Assembly: GCA_033763315.1 (NCBI GenBank)
Contig: JANRKS010000006.1
Coordinates: forward strand, 96,001 to 160,000
Direction of reading: 5' to 3'
Source of the DNA: Deltaproteobacteria bacterium
GTDB lineage: Bacteria > Myxococcota_A > Polyangia > Fen-1088
Length of the DNA: 64,000 bases
Under the pieces are notes generated by a model. That model saw only the letters and a program-made list of their open reading frames with translations, did not search any database and was not told where the DNA came from. A program made the translations under genes and the position numbers. Position 1 is the first letter of the stretch. Each line of letters opens with the position of its first letter. This document shows, piece after piece, positions 20,386 through 29,056 of this stretch.

Positions 20386-20401
20386 ATTGACGAACGTCAG
20401 G
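20386..20401. promoter_or_regulatory. palindromic operator (one core mismatch)
   Basis: ATTGACGAACGTCAGG upstream of the 20287-to-13692 gene run. Confidence 0.6.
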
Positions 20402-20492
20402 TATCTCGCGCCGCCGCTCTTAAGCGCGCCTGCACATGAACCCGATGACGCTTATGACCAAACGCACACGCGTCAAGTCGCTGGATGATTCG

Positions 20493-21608
20493 TCACCGTG
20501 GCTTTCGTCCCGTGCATACGTGGACGACGCTTTGACGTAAGCGTTCGCGGGGACCAGGGACGGGATCGGCTCCCACCAACTCAACGTCCATGCCGTGTAA
20601 GCGTGCTGGCACAGGGGGGATGGAAGGCAAGACGACGCGGCAGCCAACCCACGCGGCATCGTATCTGTAATTGGGCGTGCCCTCTTGGATCGTTTCAACC
20701 GCAGCTGCCAACATCAGCCGGCTGGCAACGTTCTCAAACCCTGCGTTGATCAATCCCGCACGAAGGCGGCCATCGAACAAGTGCAAGGAGGCTGACGGCT
20801 CAACACGCAGCGGCTGCGCGTACGGCGCGTTTTGCCAAGTGAGGTACACGCTGCGCATAAGTTGGCAAAACGTTGCCAGCTCTTGCGGGTTTGAAGTGAG
20901 TCGTACGAAGCTTTGAGCCGCGATGGTGGGCTCGAAGCGATCCGGCAAGAACGGCATGCCCCAGCTGGCCAAGGTCGCTGCCGCCGGATGCCCCGCCCGT
21001 GACAACAAAGCCACCGCGTGAGCGAATTGCGCTGCCGGAATGCACAGATGGTCAATCAAGGGCGATAGCTGGTCTCGCAGTTCATGAGCCGCCAGATGTT
21101 CATGTCCAAGAAAGATGTTTGGTATCGGCACCATGGCTTTCGCAACAGCCGCCGATAGGGCCGGCTCGATGCTGGTTCCCATATCAAGCAGGTGCACGAA
21201 CGATCCATGCGGTTGCAAGACGCGGAAGCACTCGCGCGAAGCGATCTCAACGTCGCCGACGACGTCGAAGCCGCACAACGATGTGACAAGATGAAACGCG
21301 TCGTTCTTTATGCCCAGGTGATTGGCGTCGCTGCGCACGGCGGTGGCGTTGCGGTTGTCGCGCAGCAAAATCTTCAGATAGGCCTCATTGACGTCCAGGT
21401 GGACGCTTCTTTCGGCCAGTGCGGGACACCACTTCGCCAATTGACCCGTTCCTGCTGCGAGTTCCAAAACTTGGGCGTGCGGATCGGCTAAATGTCCGTC
21501 ATACACCCGCCGAACCAGCTCGCTTGTCACATCGTCAAAATCGCGTCGTTGGCTTGTCCATCGAGCGTGATCACGGCTGGCTCGTTCTTGGGGCGTTTGG
21601 CGGGCCAT
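20493..21608 (-). CDS. class I SAM-dependent methyltransferase
   Basis: VLELAAGTG motif I; LDVN; DA..L....AFHLV; RVLQPHG. Confidence 0.75.
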   Translation of the reverse strand: MARQTPQERASRDHARWTSQRRDFDDVTSELVRRVYDGHLADPHAQVLELAAGTGQLAKWCPALAERSVHLDVNEAYLKILLRDNRNATAVRSDANHLGIKNDAFHLVTSLCGFDVVGDVEIASRECFRVLQPHGSFVHLLDMGTSIEPALSAAVAKAMVPIPNIFLGHEHLAAHELRDQLSPLIDHLCIPAAQFAHAVALLSRAGHPAAATLASWGMPFLPDRFEPTIAAQSFVRLTSNPQELATFCQLMRSVYLTWQNAPYAQPLRVEPSASLHLFDGRLRAGLINAGFENVASRLMLAAAVETIQEGTPNYRYDAAWVGCRVVLPSIPPVPARLHGMDVELVGADPVPGPRERLRQSVVHVCTGRKPR

Positions 21609-21653
21609 CGAAATTGCTTTTCCTTAAGGCCTAAAACGCCACAGGTCCAAGCA

Positions 21654-22886
21654 TCAAGGAAGCGACGGATGCGTGCCAGTGCTCAACGCGTTGTGATCCC
21701 GGCGAGTCGAGGCGCCTTGGATGTCTGCCAGAACGGTGTCTGGGCCGAAGCCGCCCGGCTTCATCCAAACAAAGAAGGGTCTGTTATTCAGGTTGGCCGT
21801 AGACAAGGTTACGCCAGACAGGGGAGTGCCAAGGACGGTCATGCTGTGAATGCCCAAGTCCTCCAAGACTGCGGCTGCCGTGTCGCCGCCGCAAGCGAAA
21901 ACGGCATCCAGATTGTTGTGAAGAACCTTTCGCGAGGCCACTTTGCCAAGCGCCTGCGCCACACTTCGAGGGGATGCCGTGCCTCCCTCTTTGGGAACGA
22001 GCAACGCCAGCCGTCCGTCCGTCATCGACACCGGCAGATCTTTGATTTGGCTGGTGTCGACGGAAACCATGTGCACATCGGCCTTGTTTTCGAGATGTGC
22101 GATTTGTCGCCGCGCTTCGTCTGATCGCGAACCCACCACAAACAGCCGTGGCGCGCAGAGGGGTGCGTCAGCCACAACGCCATCGCCGCGAGGGAACGCC
22201 GCGGTGGCCAGCGCGCGGGTGAGGCCGCCGGAGCCAACGCACAACGTCCATGGCGCCACCTGCACACAAAGCTGTGCCACCCGCGCCAGCGCCTCGTCAG
22301 TGTTGGCGTGCGCCAACCAAATGGTGGGGGGCGCTTGCAGATCCAAAGGGGGGGGCACGTCGCTCATCACGACCGTGTGATGTGGGAACAAAGCGGCCAG
22401 TTGATTCTGGATTGGCGTGGTATCGGCAGCGGCCGGATCGCTGGTTGCATAGCTCGTCATTGCCAATGGTCTGCCGTGAACGAACAGCAGTCCGTCGCTC
22501 ATCGTGCGCCCCTGTGCGGGATTGGCCAGGGCCACGATGATATGGCGCCGGCCGGCCAGAGCAAACAACGCTGCCACCTCAAGCGCAGGGTGTCCGCGCC
22601 ACGTTGAATCCACCTTCTTGACCAAAAGCCGTGCTAACCACGGCGCTGAACGTTCAAGCGTTCGCAGGCGTAAGAGCGCCTCATCCCTGCTGACGTTGCG
22701 GGTGCTGGTGTCGATCGCAAACACGTCGCAAGGAGGCCGTTGGCCATTGCCCAAGTCACGAATCAGCACGGTGTGGGCGCCTCGTTGTGCGAAGTCTGCC
22801 GCAACGTCAACGGCACCCGTTAAATCATCCGCGATGATGGCGGTCTGGCCGGCGGTGGCCTTCGGCCCCTCAGCCCGCGTCGGCAC
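21654..22886 (-). CDS. four-carbon acid sugar kinase (DUF1537; DtnK/DenK-like)
   Basis: IIADDLTGA; KKVDSTWRG; GSGGL; CGGDTA; KPGGFG. Confidence 0.9.
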   Translation of the reverse strand: MPTRAEGPKATAGQTAIIADDLTGAVDVAADFAQRGAHTVLIRDLGNGQRPPCDVFAIDTSTRNVSRDEALLRLRTLERSAPWLARLLVKKVDSTWRGHPALEVAALFALAGRRHIIVALANPAQGRTMSDGLLFVHGRPLAMTSYATSDPAAADTTPIQNQLAALFPHHTVVMSDVPPPLDLQAPPTIWLAHANTDEALARVAQLCVQVAPWTLCVGSGGLTRALATAAFPRGDGVVADAPLCAPRLFVVGSRSDEARRQIAHLENKADVHMVSVDTSQIKDLPVSMTDGRLALLVPKEGGTASPRSVAQALGKVASRKVLHNNLDAVFACGGDTAAAVLEDLGIHSMTVLGTPLSGVTLSTANLNNRPFFVWMKPGGFGPDTVLADIQGASTRRDHNALSTGTHPSLP

Positions 22887-23889
22887 GATTGGCCCCGATC
22901 ATGCGGTGTGCATATTCAATCGCGGCCACCATATTCTCGGAACGCGCGATGCCTTTCCAAGCGATATCGAAAGCGGTGCCGTGGTCAACCGATGTGCGCT
23001 TGATAGGCAGCCCCAACGACACATTCACTGTGGTATCGAAGGCCAACAGTTTTGTGGGGATGTGCCCCTGGTCGTGGTACATCGCCACGACCAGATCGAA
23101 TTCGCCTTGAGACGCACGCAGAAAAACCGAGTCTGGCGGCAAGGGGCCCGTCACCGTGATGCCCTTGGAACGCGCGGCCACCACGGCTGGTTCGATCTCC
23201 GTGAGCTCTTGGTTGCCGAACATCCCGCCTTCGCCTGCGTGCGGGTTCAAGCCTGCCACCGCTATCCGCGGTGATTGAATACCCAGTTCTCGCAGATGCG
23301 CTACCCCCGCCTCAATCGTCTGTAAAATGCGATCCGCGCGTGTGCGCGTGATGGCGTCCTGCAGCGACACATGTGTTGAAACGTGAATCGTCGACAGCCG
23401 CGCGCCCGCCAGCAGCATGAAGGAAGAGGGGGCTTTCGTTAGGCTCTGCAGCAGCCCCGTGTGTCCATCGAATTTGTAGCCGGCCGCATGCAACGCTGAT
23501 TTATTCAGCGGCGCTGTGACGATCGCACCCACGCGGCCCGAAAGCGCCAACTCAACCGACCTATAAACATAGGCATAAGCCGCGGCGCCACCAGCGGCCG
23601 AGGCAACCCCAGGCTCAACCCGCTCCACCTCGGGGCTGTTGACGTGAACCAGCCTTATGTCCGCTTCACTTCGCACGGTTTCGCCGAAGTTCAGGTCTGC
23701 GCCCACCACGTGCGCCGCTCTTTGCATTGTTTCCTCGTGCCCCACAACCAAAACACGAGCACGTTCCGCGGGTGTCATGCTTATCAGCGCGCGGCAAATG
23801 ATCTCGGGCCCCACGCCTGCGGGATCACCCATGGTCAAAGCAAGTGTGCGGGGAGCCGTAGGCGCGTCGTTCTCTTTGGTTGTGGTCAC
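22870..23889 (-). CDS. pdxA: PdxA-family dehydrogenase (PdxA2, threonate/erythronate-4-phosphate dehydrogenase-like)
   Basis: MGDPAGVGPE; TAPLNK; GHT; GLNPHAGEGG; MYHDQG; RTSVDHGTAFDIA; overlaps the kinase gene. Start estimated. Confidence 0.9.
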   Translation of the reverse strand: MTTTKENDAPTAPRTLALTMGDPAGVGPEIICRALISMTPAERARVLVVGHEETMQRAAHVVGADLNFGETVRSEADIRLVHVNSPEVERVEPGVASAAGGAAAYAYVYRSVELALSGRVGAIVTAPLNKSALHAAGYKFDGHTGLLQSLTKAPSSFMLLAGARLSTIHVSTHVSLQDAITRTRADRILQTIEAGVAHLRELGIQSPRIAVAGLNPHAGEGGMFGNQELTEIEPAVVAARSKGITVTGPLPPDSVFLRASQGEFDLVVAMYHDQGHIPTKLLAFDTTVNVSLGLPIKRTSVDHGTAFDIAWKGIARSENMVAAIEYAHRMIGANRADAG

Positions 23890-23924
23890 ACTCCTGGTTC
23901 TGGACCAGCGCCGTGGGATGTCTA

Positions 23925-23940
23925 GTTGACGACCGTCAGT
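23925..23940. promoter_or_regulatory. palindromic operator centred between divergent genes
   Basis: GTTGACGACCGTCAGT; centre 43.5 bp from GTG 23889 (-) and 44.5 bp from GTG 23977 (+). Confidence 0.7.
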
Positions 23941-23976
23941 TGAAAGGGTGGGGCTATCTGACGAAGAACCTGATGT

Positions 23977-24930
23977 GTGGGTGTAACCAATGGCGTGCGC
24001 TGTCTTGTAAAGGCTTGTTTGGCCGCCCTTGCCTTGTCCGTTGTTTGCCGTGCGCCTCATGTTCGCGCCGCGCGGCCATCGCTGGCGGGCGCGATCGACA
24101 TGCACTGTCACACCAGCCCCGACGTTGTTCCTCGCCTGCTTGATGCCGTGTCTCTCGCGCGGCAGGCTCGCCAAAGAGGGCTTCGCGCCATCGTGTTCAA
24201 AGATCACCTGACGCCATCGGCGGCCAAAGCTGCCTTGGTAGCGCAAGCGGTGCGCGGTGTTGAGGTGTTCGGGGGCATCGTGTTGAACCATTCCGTGGGA
24301 GGCATCAACCCCGCGGCTGTGGAGGCGATGGCCTTAACGACTGGGCAACATGGCAAGGTTGTTTGGCTTCCCACTGTGGACGCGGAGAATCACGTGAAGC
24401 AGGACCGTCGCTCGCGTCGTGACGTGACGCCGGTGAAGGTCTTCGAAAACGGCAAGCCTGTTGCGGCCCTCTTGGAGATTTTCGAGTTGTGTCGCCGCTA
24501 CGATTTGGTTTTGGCAACGGGGCATGTGTCCGTTGCGGAATCGCTGATGATCACGAAGGCGGCGTTGCGTGCGGGTGTGAACAAGGTGCTGGTCACACAC
24601 GCCACCGATTGGCCCATATTCGCAAGCGTCGAGGAAATAGGAAGTCTCGTGGACAGCGGGGCGTTTGTGGAACTGGCGCTCCCGATTGCACGAAACGGCA
24701 TCTCCCATCCAGACATCGAAGCGCAGTTCGATAAGCTAGCTAGCGCATTCGTTAGGGTAGGTGCCCAGCACCTTGTGTTGTCATCCGATCTCGGACAGCC
24801 CGACAACCCGCCGCATGTGCATGGCCTGGCGCGTTTTGTTGCGGCGCTTGAAAAGCGGGGGGTGCCTGAAAAGGACCTCGAGCGCGCAATCAAGACGAAC
24901 CCAGCCTACCTGCTGGGGTTGACCAAATGA
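23977..24930 (+). CDS. exported amidohydrolase-like metallo-protein (DUF6282-like)
   Basis: IDMHCH; FKDH; GGIVLN..GGINP; LATGH; VTH; LSSDLGQ; NPAYLL; N-terminal signal-like segment. Confidence 0.7.
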   Translation: MGVTNGVRCLVKACLAALALSVVCRAPHVRAARPSLAGAIDMHCHTSPDVVPRLLDAVSLARQARQRGLRAIVFKDHLTPSAAKAALVAQAVRGVEVFGGIVLNHSVGGINPAAVEAMALTTGQHGKVVWLPTVDAENHVKQDRRSRRDVTPVKVFENGKPVAALLEIFELCRRYDLVLATGHVSVAESLMITKAALRAGVNKVLVTHATDWPIFASVEEIGSLVDSGAFVELALPIARNGISHPDIEAQFDKLASAFVRVGAQHLVLSSDLGQPDNPPHVHGLARFVAALEKRGVPEKDLERAIKTNPAYLLGLTK

Positions 24931-25985
24931 CGATCCTCGATCGGCTGGCCCGCGTGCCTGGGGGCCTCATGCTGGTGCCGCTGCTTATCGGCACCTCCCT
25001 CAACACGGTCGAGCAGCTGCACGTGACGGCCATCGAGGCCACGCTTGGGTGGCTTGGTGTTGAACCGACGACCCACGCTGCCGATGGGCACCTGCATCGT
25101 TCGTTCTTGAACATCGGTGGCTTCACAAGCGCCTTGGCGGGGCCCGGGGCCACGACACTTATTGCCCTCTTCCTGGTTTGCGTGGCGTCTCAGATGGACT
25201 TCGGGGTTGGTCGCAAAGCGGTGAAGAAGGGATTCACTTTGATGTTGACCAAGTGGGTGGTGGGCGTCGCCACCGCGTATGGCCTCACGGCTTTTGGCGA
25301 CGGCTTCCATGGGCCGTTTGGCTTAACGACGATGACCATCATCGCCGGCATGACCAACGCCAACGGCGGCCTGTATATGGCGCTTACATCGAAATATGGC
25401 GACCGTTCTGACGTGGGCGCCATCAGCGTTATCTCGTTAAACGACGGGCCGTTTTTGACAATGCTGGGGTTGGGCATTCTTGGGCAAAGGTTCCCGGCGC
25501 ATGCGTTCGTCTCCGTGTTGCTCCCCATCGCTGTAGGCTTTTTGCTGGGCATGTGGGACCCACGTGTGCGGCGGTTTCTTGCGCCTGGGGAGCGCTTGGC
25601 GGTCCCGTTCTTTGCCTTCGCGCTCGGCACCAAGCTTAGCTTCGGCGTTTTTTTCGACACCTCAGCGCTGTTGGGGGGCGTTGTTTTGGGCCTCCTGACG
25701 CTGGTGTTCACAGGGCTAGCTTGCGCCCAGGCGTTGCGAATGGTGGGGGAGAAATACCCGATTGCCGCCTGGTGCGACGCCTCCACGGCGGGCAACGCCG
25801 TGCAAACGCCAGCGGCCGTGGCCCTGGCGGTGGGGGCATCCACGGCGGCTGGCGCCGCGACGAAGTTCGCACAGGCCGCGCCCTTGGCGATGGCGCAGAT
25901 TTCGATTTCGGTGCTGACGACCGCGTTGTTGTGCCCCTTGGCTGTGTCGTACCTGGCAAGGCGGTGGCGCAGCGGCACGAAATAG
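24927..25985 (+). CDS. kdgT: 2-keto-3-deoxygluconate permease family transporter
   Basis: PGGLMLVPLLIG; MTNANGGLYMAL..YG; SLNDGPFLTM; PFFAFALG; STAGNAV. Confidence 0.88.
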   Translation: MTILDRLARVPGGLMLVPLLIGTSLNTVEQLHVTAIEATLGWLGVEPTTHAADGHLHRSFLNIGGFTSALAGPGATTLIALFLVCVASQMDFGVGRKAVKKGFTLMLTKWVVGVATAYGLTAFGDGFHGPFGLTTMTIIAGMTNANGGLYMALTSKYGDRSDVGAISVISLNDGPFLTMLGLGILGQRFPAHAFVSVLLPIAVGFLLGMWDPRVRRFLAPGERLAVPFFAFALGTKLSFGVFFDTSALLGGVVLGLLTLVFTGLACAQALRMVGEKYPIAAWCDASTAGNAVQTPAAVALAVGASTAAGAATKFAQAAPLAMAQISISVLTTALLCPLAVSYLARRWRSGTK

Positions 25986-26029
25986 GGCCTCGACCCATAG
26001 AAGCTTCAAGAACGGGATATACTTGTAGT

Positions 26030-27340
26030 GTGATTGAAGCGGCAACCCGGCGTCTTGGCGAAGCCAAAACCATCATCGTGAACAGACTGCGCGTGCTCGT
26101 GGTCGATGGACCCGACAGCAAAAAAACGTTTGATCTGCCAAAATCGCAGAAGCTTTCGATAGGCTCGGCGCCTGACAACGACATCGTGCTTGGCGACCGA
26201 ACGGTGAGCCGTTACCACGTTGAGATCGAGCGCACGCCGTTGGGGATCAGGGTGCGCGACCTGGGTAGTTCAAACGGCACGCAACTGCAGTCGCTGTGGA
26301 TCAACGATGTCATCGTTCCGCCAGGCACCTGCATTCAAGTGGGGGCCACGACCTTGCGGCTCGAAGATGCAGATGCCGCCTCTCATACAGTTTTGGATAG
26401 CGCCATCGAGATTCCAACCATCGTGGGCAAGAGTCAGGCGATCGCGGAAGTGCGCGGCGCGATTGCGCGGCTGGCGAAGGCACACACGTCGGTGCTCATC
26501 GGCGGTGAGACGGGTACGGGCAAAGAACTGGTGGCACGTGCCATCCACGAACACTCTGACCGTGCAAAACAGCCGTTCGTGGTTGTGGATTGTGGTTCGC
26601 TGCCGGCCACGCTGATCGCGTCTGAATTGTTCGGCCATGAGCGTGGCGCGTTTACCAGCGCCGACAAACTGCACATTGGCGCTTTCGAGCGCGCCCAGGC
26701 GGGAACCATTTTCCTTGATGAAGTTGGCGAACTTCCCCCGCAGGTGCAGGCGGCCTTGTTGGGCGTTTTGGAGCGACGAGAATTTCGGCGCCTAGGTGGT
26801 GAGAAGCAACTGCAGATGTCTGCGCGGGTGCTGGCCGCAACGAATCGTGATTTGCGGGCAGAGGTGAACAAGGGCACCTTTCGCGCGGACTTGTATTACC
26901 GGCTTTCGATCACCAAAATCACGCTGCCACCGCTGCGCGAGCGACCCGAAGACATTGAAGACCTGGTTGCCTTCTTTATCGATGAGTTGGCGGGCCAAAG
27001 TGGCCACGAACTGTTCTCTGCGGAAGCCTTGGCAACGTTGCGCCGGCAAAACTGGAGCGGCAACATCCGCGAGCTGCGTAACGTTGTTGAAGCCGCTTTG
27101 GCGATGGGGCAGCTGCAAATCGAGGGAGAGCCGTCACGGAAAAACGCCGGCCCTCACGATGAACCGGATGCCTTGCCTCCTTATCGTCACGCCCGAGCCG
27201 AGGCGCTCACCAGCTTCGAATTGCAGTACTTGACGCGATTGATGGAGGAGGCCGGACGAAACGCATCAGAGGCCGCGCGTCGGGCTCGCATGGATCGACC
27301 CTATCTTTTGTCGCTTCTTAAGCGCCACGGCATGCGTTAA
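26030..27340 (+). CDS. FHA-domain sigma54-dependent enhancer-binding protein
   Basis: FHA (IGS..VSRYH..DLGSSNGT); GETGTGKE; ELFGHERGAFTSA; FLDEVGE; FRADLYYRL; WSGNIREL; Fis-type HTH. Confidence 0.92.
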   Translation: MIEAATRRLGEAKTIIVNRLRVLVVDGPDSKKTFDLPKSQKLSIGSAPDNDIVLGDRTVSRYHVEIERTPLGIRVRDLGSSNGTQLQSLWINDVIVPPGTCIQVGATTLRLEDADAASHTVLDSAIEIPTIVGKSQAIAEVRGAIARLAKAHTSVLIGGETGTGKELVARAIHEHSDRAKQPFVVVDCGSLPATLIASELFGHERGAFTSADKLHIGAFERAQAGTIFLDEVGELPPQVQAALLGVLERREFRRLGGEKQLQMSARVLAATNRDLRAEVNKGTFRADLYYRLSITKITLPPLRERPEDIEDLVAFFIDELAGQSGHELFSAEALATLRRQNWSGNIRELRNVVEAALAMGQLQIEGEPSRKNAGPHDEPDALPPYRHARAEALTSFELQYLTRLMEEAGRNASEAARRARMDRPYLLSLLKRHGMR

Positions 27341-27358
27341 CGCGTGATTGCCAACTCG

Positions 27359-27928
27359 CTAATCTGGTCCAAAACAGCCCGCAATCGGTGTTTGTCTGTC
27401 GTTGGTGAGGCAGTCAACCTGGGGGCGAATCAGGTTGGCTCCGGCGCTCGCGTTGGTCATGCCGCAGATCCTTCCCCACGACGGAAACCTTTGAGGCTCA
27501 AACCAGGCTTGTTTGCATGAACAAAGGCGGGGCTCCCCTGTGCGCGCCTCGCCCGATTCGATCGTGGCCAATTGCAAGCAATAGGTTGTCTGTGGATCCA
27601 CATCCTCAAACCTTGCAGGCTGGGCGAGGCGCAAAAGATTATTGATCGTCACGGGCATGGGCCCACCACAGGTACACTGGCTTTGCGTGAGCTCACAAGC
27701 GCCTGGGGTGCGACAAACGGCGCAGTTCGGCCCCCTCGCCAGCATCAGCCGCATCACCAACGTGTCCATCGGCCGCGGCATGCCATCGACTTCGGCGCCG
27801 CATTCTTTCGAGTTGTTTTCTGGCTTGATGACAGTTTCGAGCACAGGCCGCGAATCGCAGCTAAGTGCGATCACTGCCGGTAGGAGGAGCATGAAGGTGG
27901 CGCGGCAAACGCGTTGAGGTTTTGTCAT
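27359..27928 (-). CDS. Cys-rich hypothetical lipoprotein
   Basis: ALSC lipobox; many Cys; follows the PEGA gene by 7 bp. Confidence 0.6.
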   Translation of the reverse strand: MTKPQRVCRATFMLLLPAVIALSCDSRPVLETVIKPENNSKECGAEVDGMPRPMDTLVMRLMLARGPNCAVCRTPGACELTQSQCTCGGPMPVTINNLLRLAQPARFEDVDPQTTYCLQLATIESGEARTGEPRLCSCKQAWFEPQRFPSWGRICGMTNASAGANLIRPQVDCLTNDRQTPIAGCFGPD

Positions 27929-27935
27929 GGTGGCC

Positions 27936-29048
27936 TCAGGGCGCCGGTTGAAAAACAAGGTCGTACCGCGTGGACGTGTCGCGCGCGAGGAGGTAGGTGG
28001 CCACGCCTGCGCTCACGAGTGCGATGCCCACGGAGCCCCATATCCAAGTGGCTCGGCTTATCAACGGTGGCTTGTTCTGGTCGTGCCAGCTCATGATCGC
28101 AATCCGCACCGCGCTGAAAGCCGATGGCGCCCGGCCCTGCGCAACGATCTTGTCTTGCCGGTAGTCATAGAGCGCCGCTCGAAAGACCTGCGGTTTCTCA
28201 GGAGCCACCGCCACAGCCACATCTGCCGCGCCGGCTACGGCGGCCGCCCGTAACATGTCGACGCCCAGCAGAGTCTGTTTCGCTGCCATCCCCTCAGACC
28301 ACTGCGCCAACGCCTCGCGGGACGACGCAGGATCAAGGGACACAGTGACTGAGGTCGGGCCTTCAACCACGAGAGCGACCGAACTGCTGCGGTAGCCACG
28401 CATTGAGGCCGACACGAAGTGTTCACCCTCATCGAGCGCAATCACACAGGGGCCTTGGCCGCAGCGCAGACTTTTGCCGTCAACAGATACGTCCGCAGAA
28501 GCGGGCTGCGTTTTCACCGCAAGAGGGTGCCGCTTTCTCTTCTCCTGGGCCTTCGCTTCCTCCTGCACCATGGCCTTGAAGTCAGGTCTCATGAGGGTCA
28601 AGGTGACTGGGGGGGGCAACCTCAGCGCCAGGAGTCGCCTGACTGCCTCTCGAGCGCGCTCCGTCTCGCCAACAGCGGCAAGACAAGCAGCGCCAATCGT
28701 TCCCACCTCGCTGGCCTCGGGCAGGTGATGAGCGGTGATCAGCGTGTGCAGCTGCGCCGCAGGCTCGTGCGAAAGCACCAGGCAACGTAGAAAGTCTGCC
28801 TCAAGGTAGGCGTCCTTCAGGGCTCGTACCGTGCGGGTGGGGGAATCGGGTTGGGGACGCTCAGGCTGAATCGATGTCCAGCGACCTCCCGTCGAACGGG
28901 CGGCATCAAGCGCAATCCCCACGTCCTCCGCATGAGCCGCAACAACCCCTTGCGGCCCCCCCACGGGCACGGCGGCCGGCGCGGCAAGCAGGGGGCCGGA
29001 CACACACACAGTCAACGAAGCGCAGAGCCACGCTTGGACTGTTATCAT
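27936..29048 (-). CDS. PEGA-domain exported protein with C-terminal hydrophobic segment
   Basis: Signal peptide; helical region; VKTQPASADVSVDG..GEHFVSASMRGY (PEGA); TWIWGSVGIALVSAGVATYLL. Confidence 0.75.
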   Translation of the reverse strand: MITVQAWLCASLTVCVSGPLLAAPAAVPVGGPQGVVAAHAEDVGIALDAARSTGGRWTSIQPERPQPDSPTRTVRALKDAYLEADFLRCLVLSHEPAAQLHTLITAHHLPEASEVGTIGAACLAAVGETERAREAVRRLLALRLPPPVTLTLMRPDFKAMVQEEAKAQEKRKRHPLAVKTQPASADVSVDGKSLRCGQGPCVIALDEGEHFVSASMRGYRSSSVALVVEGPTSVTVSLDPASSREALAQWSEGMAAKQTLLGVDMLRAAAVAGAADVAVAVAPEKPQVFRAALYDYRQDKIVAQGRAPSAFSAVRIAIMSWHDQNKPPLISRATWIWGSVGIALVSAGVATYLLARDTSTRYDLVFQPAP

Positions 29049-29056
29049 GAAGGTTC

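Noticed and set aside
22870-23889. PdxA as a vitamin B6 biosynthesis gene
   Set aside because: Linkage to a DUF1537 kinase and KdgT indicates the catabolic PdxA2 role.
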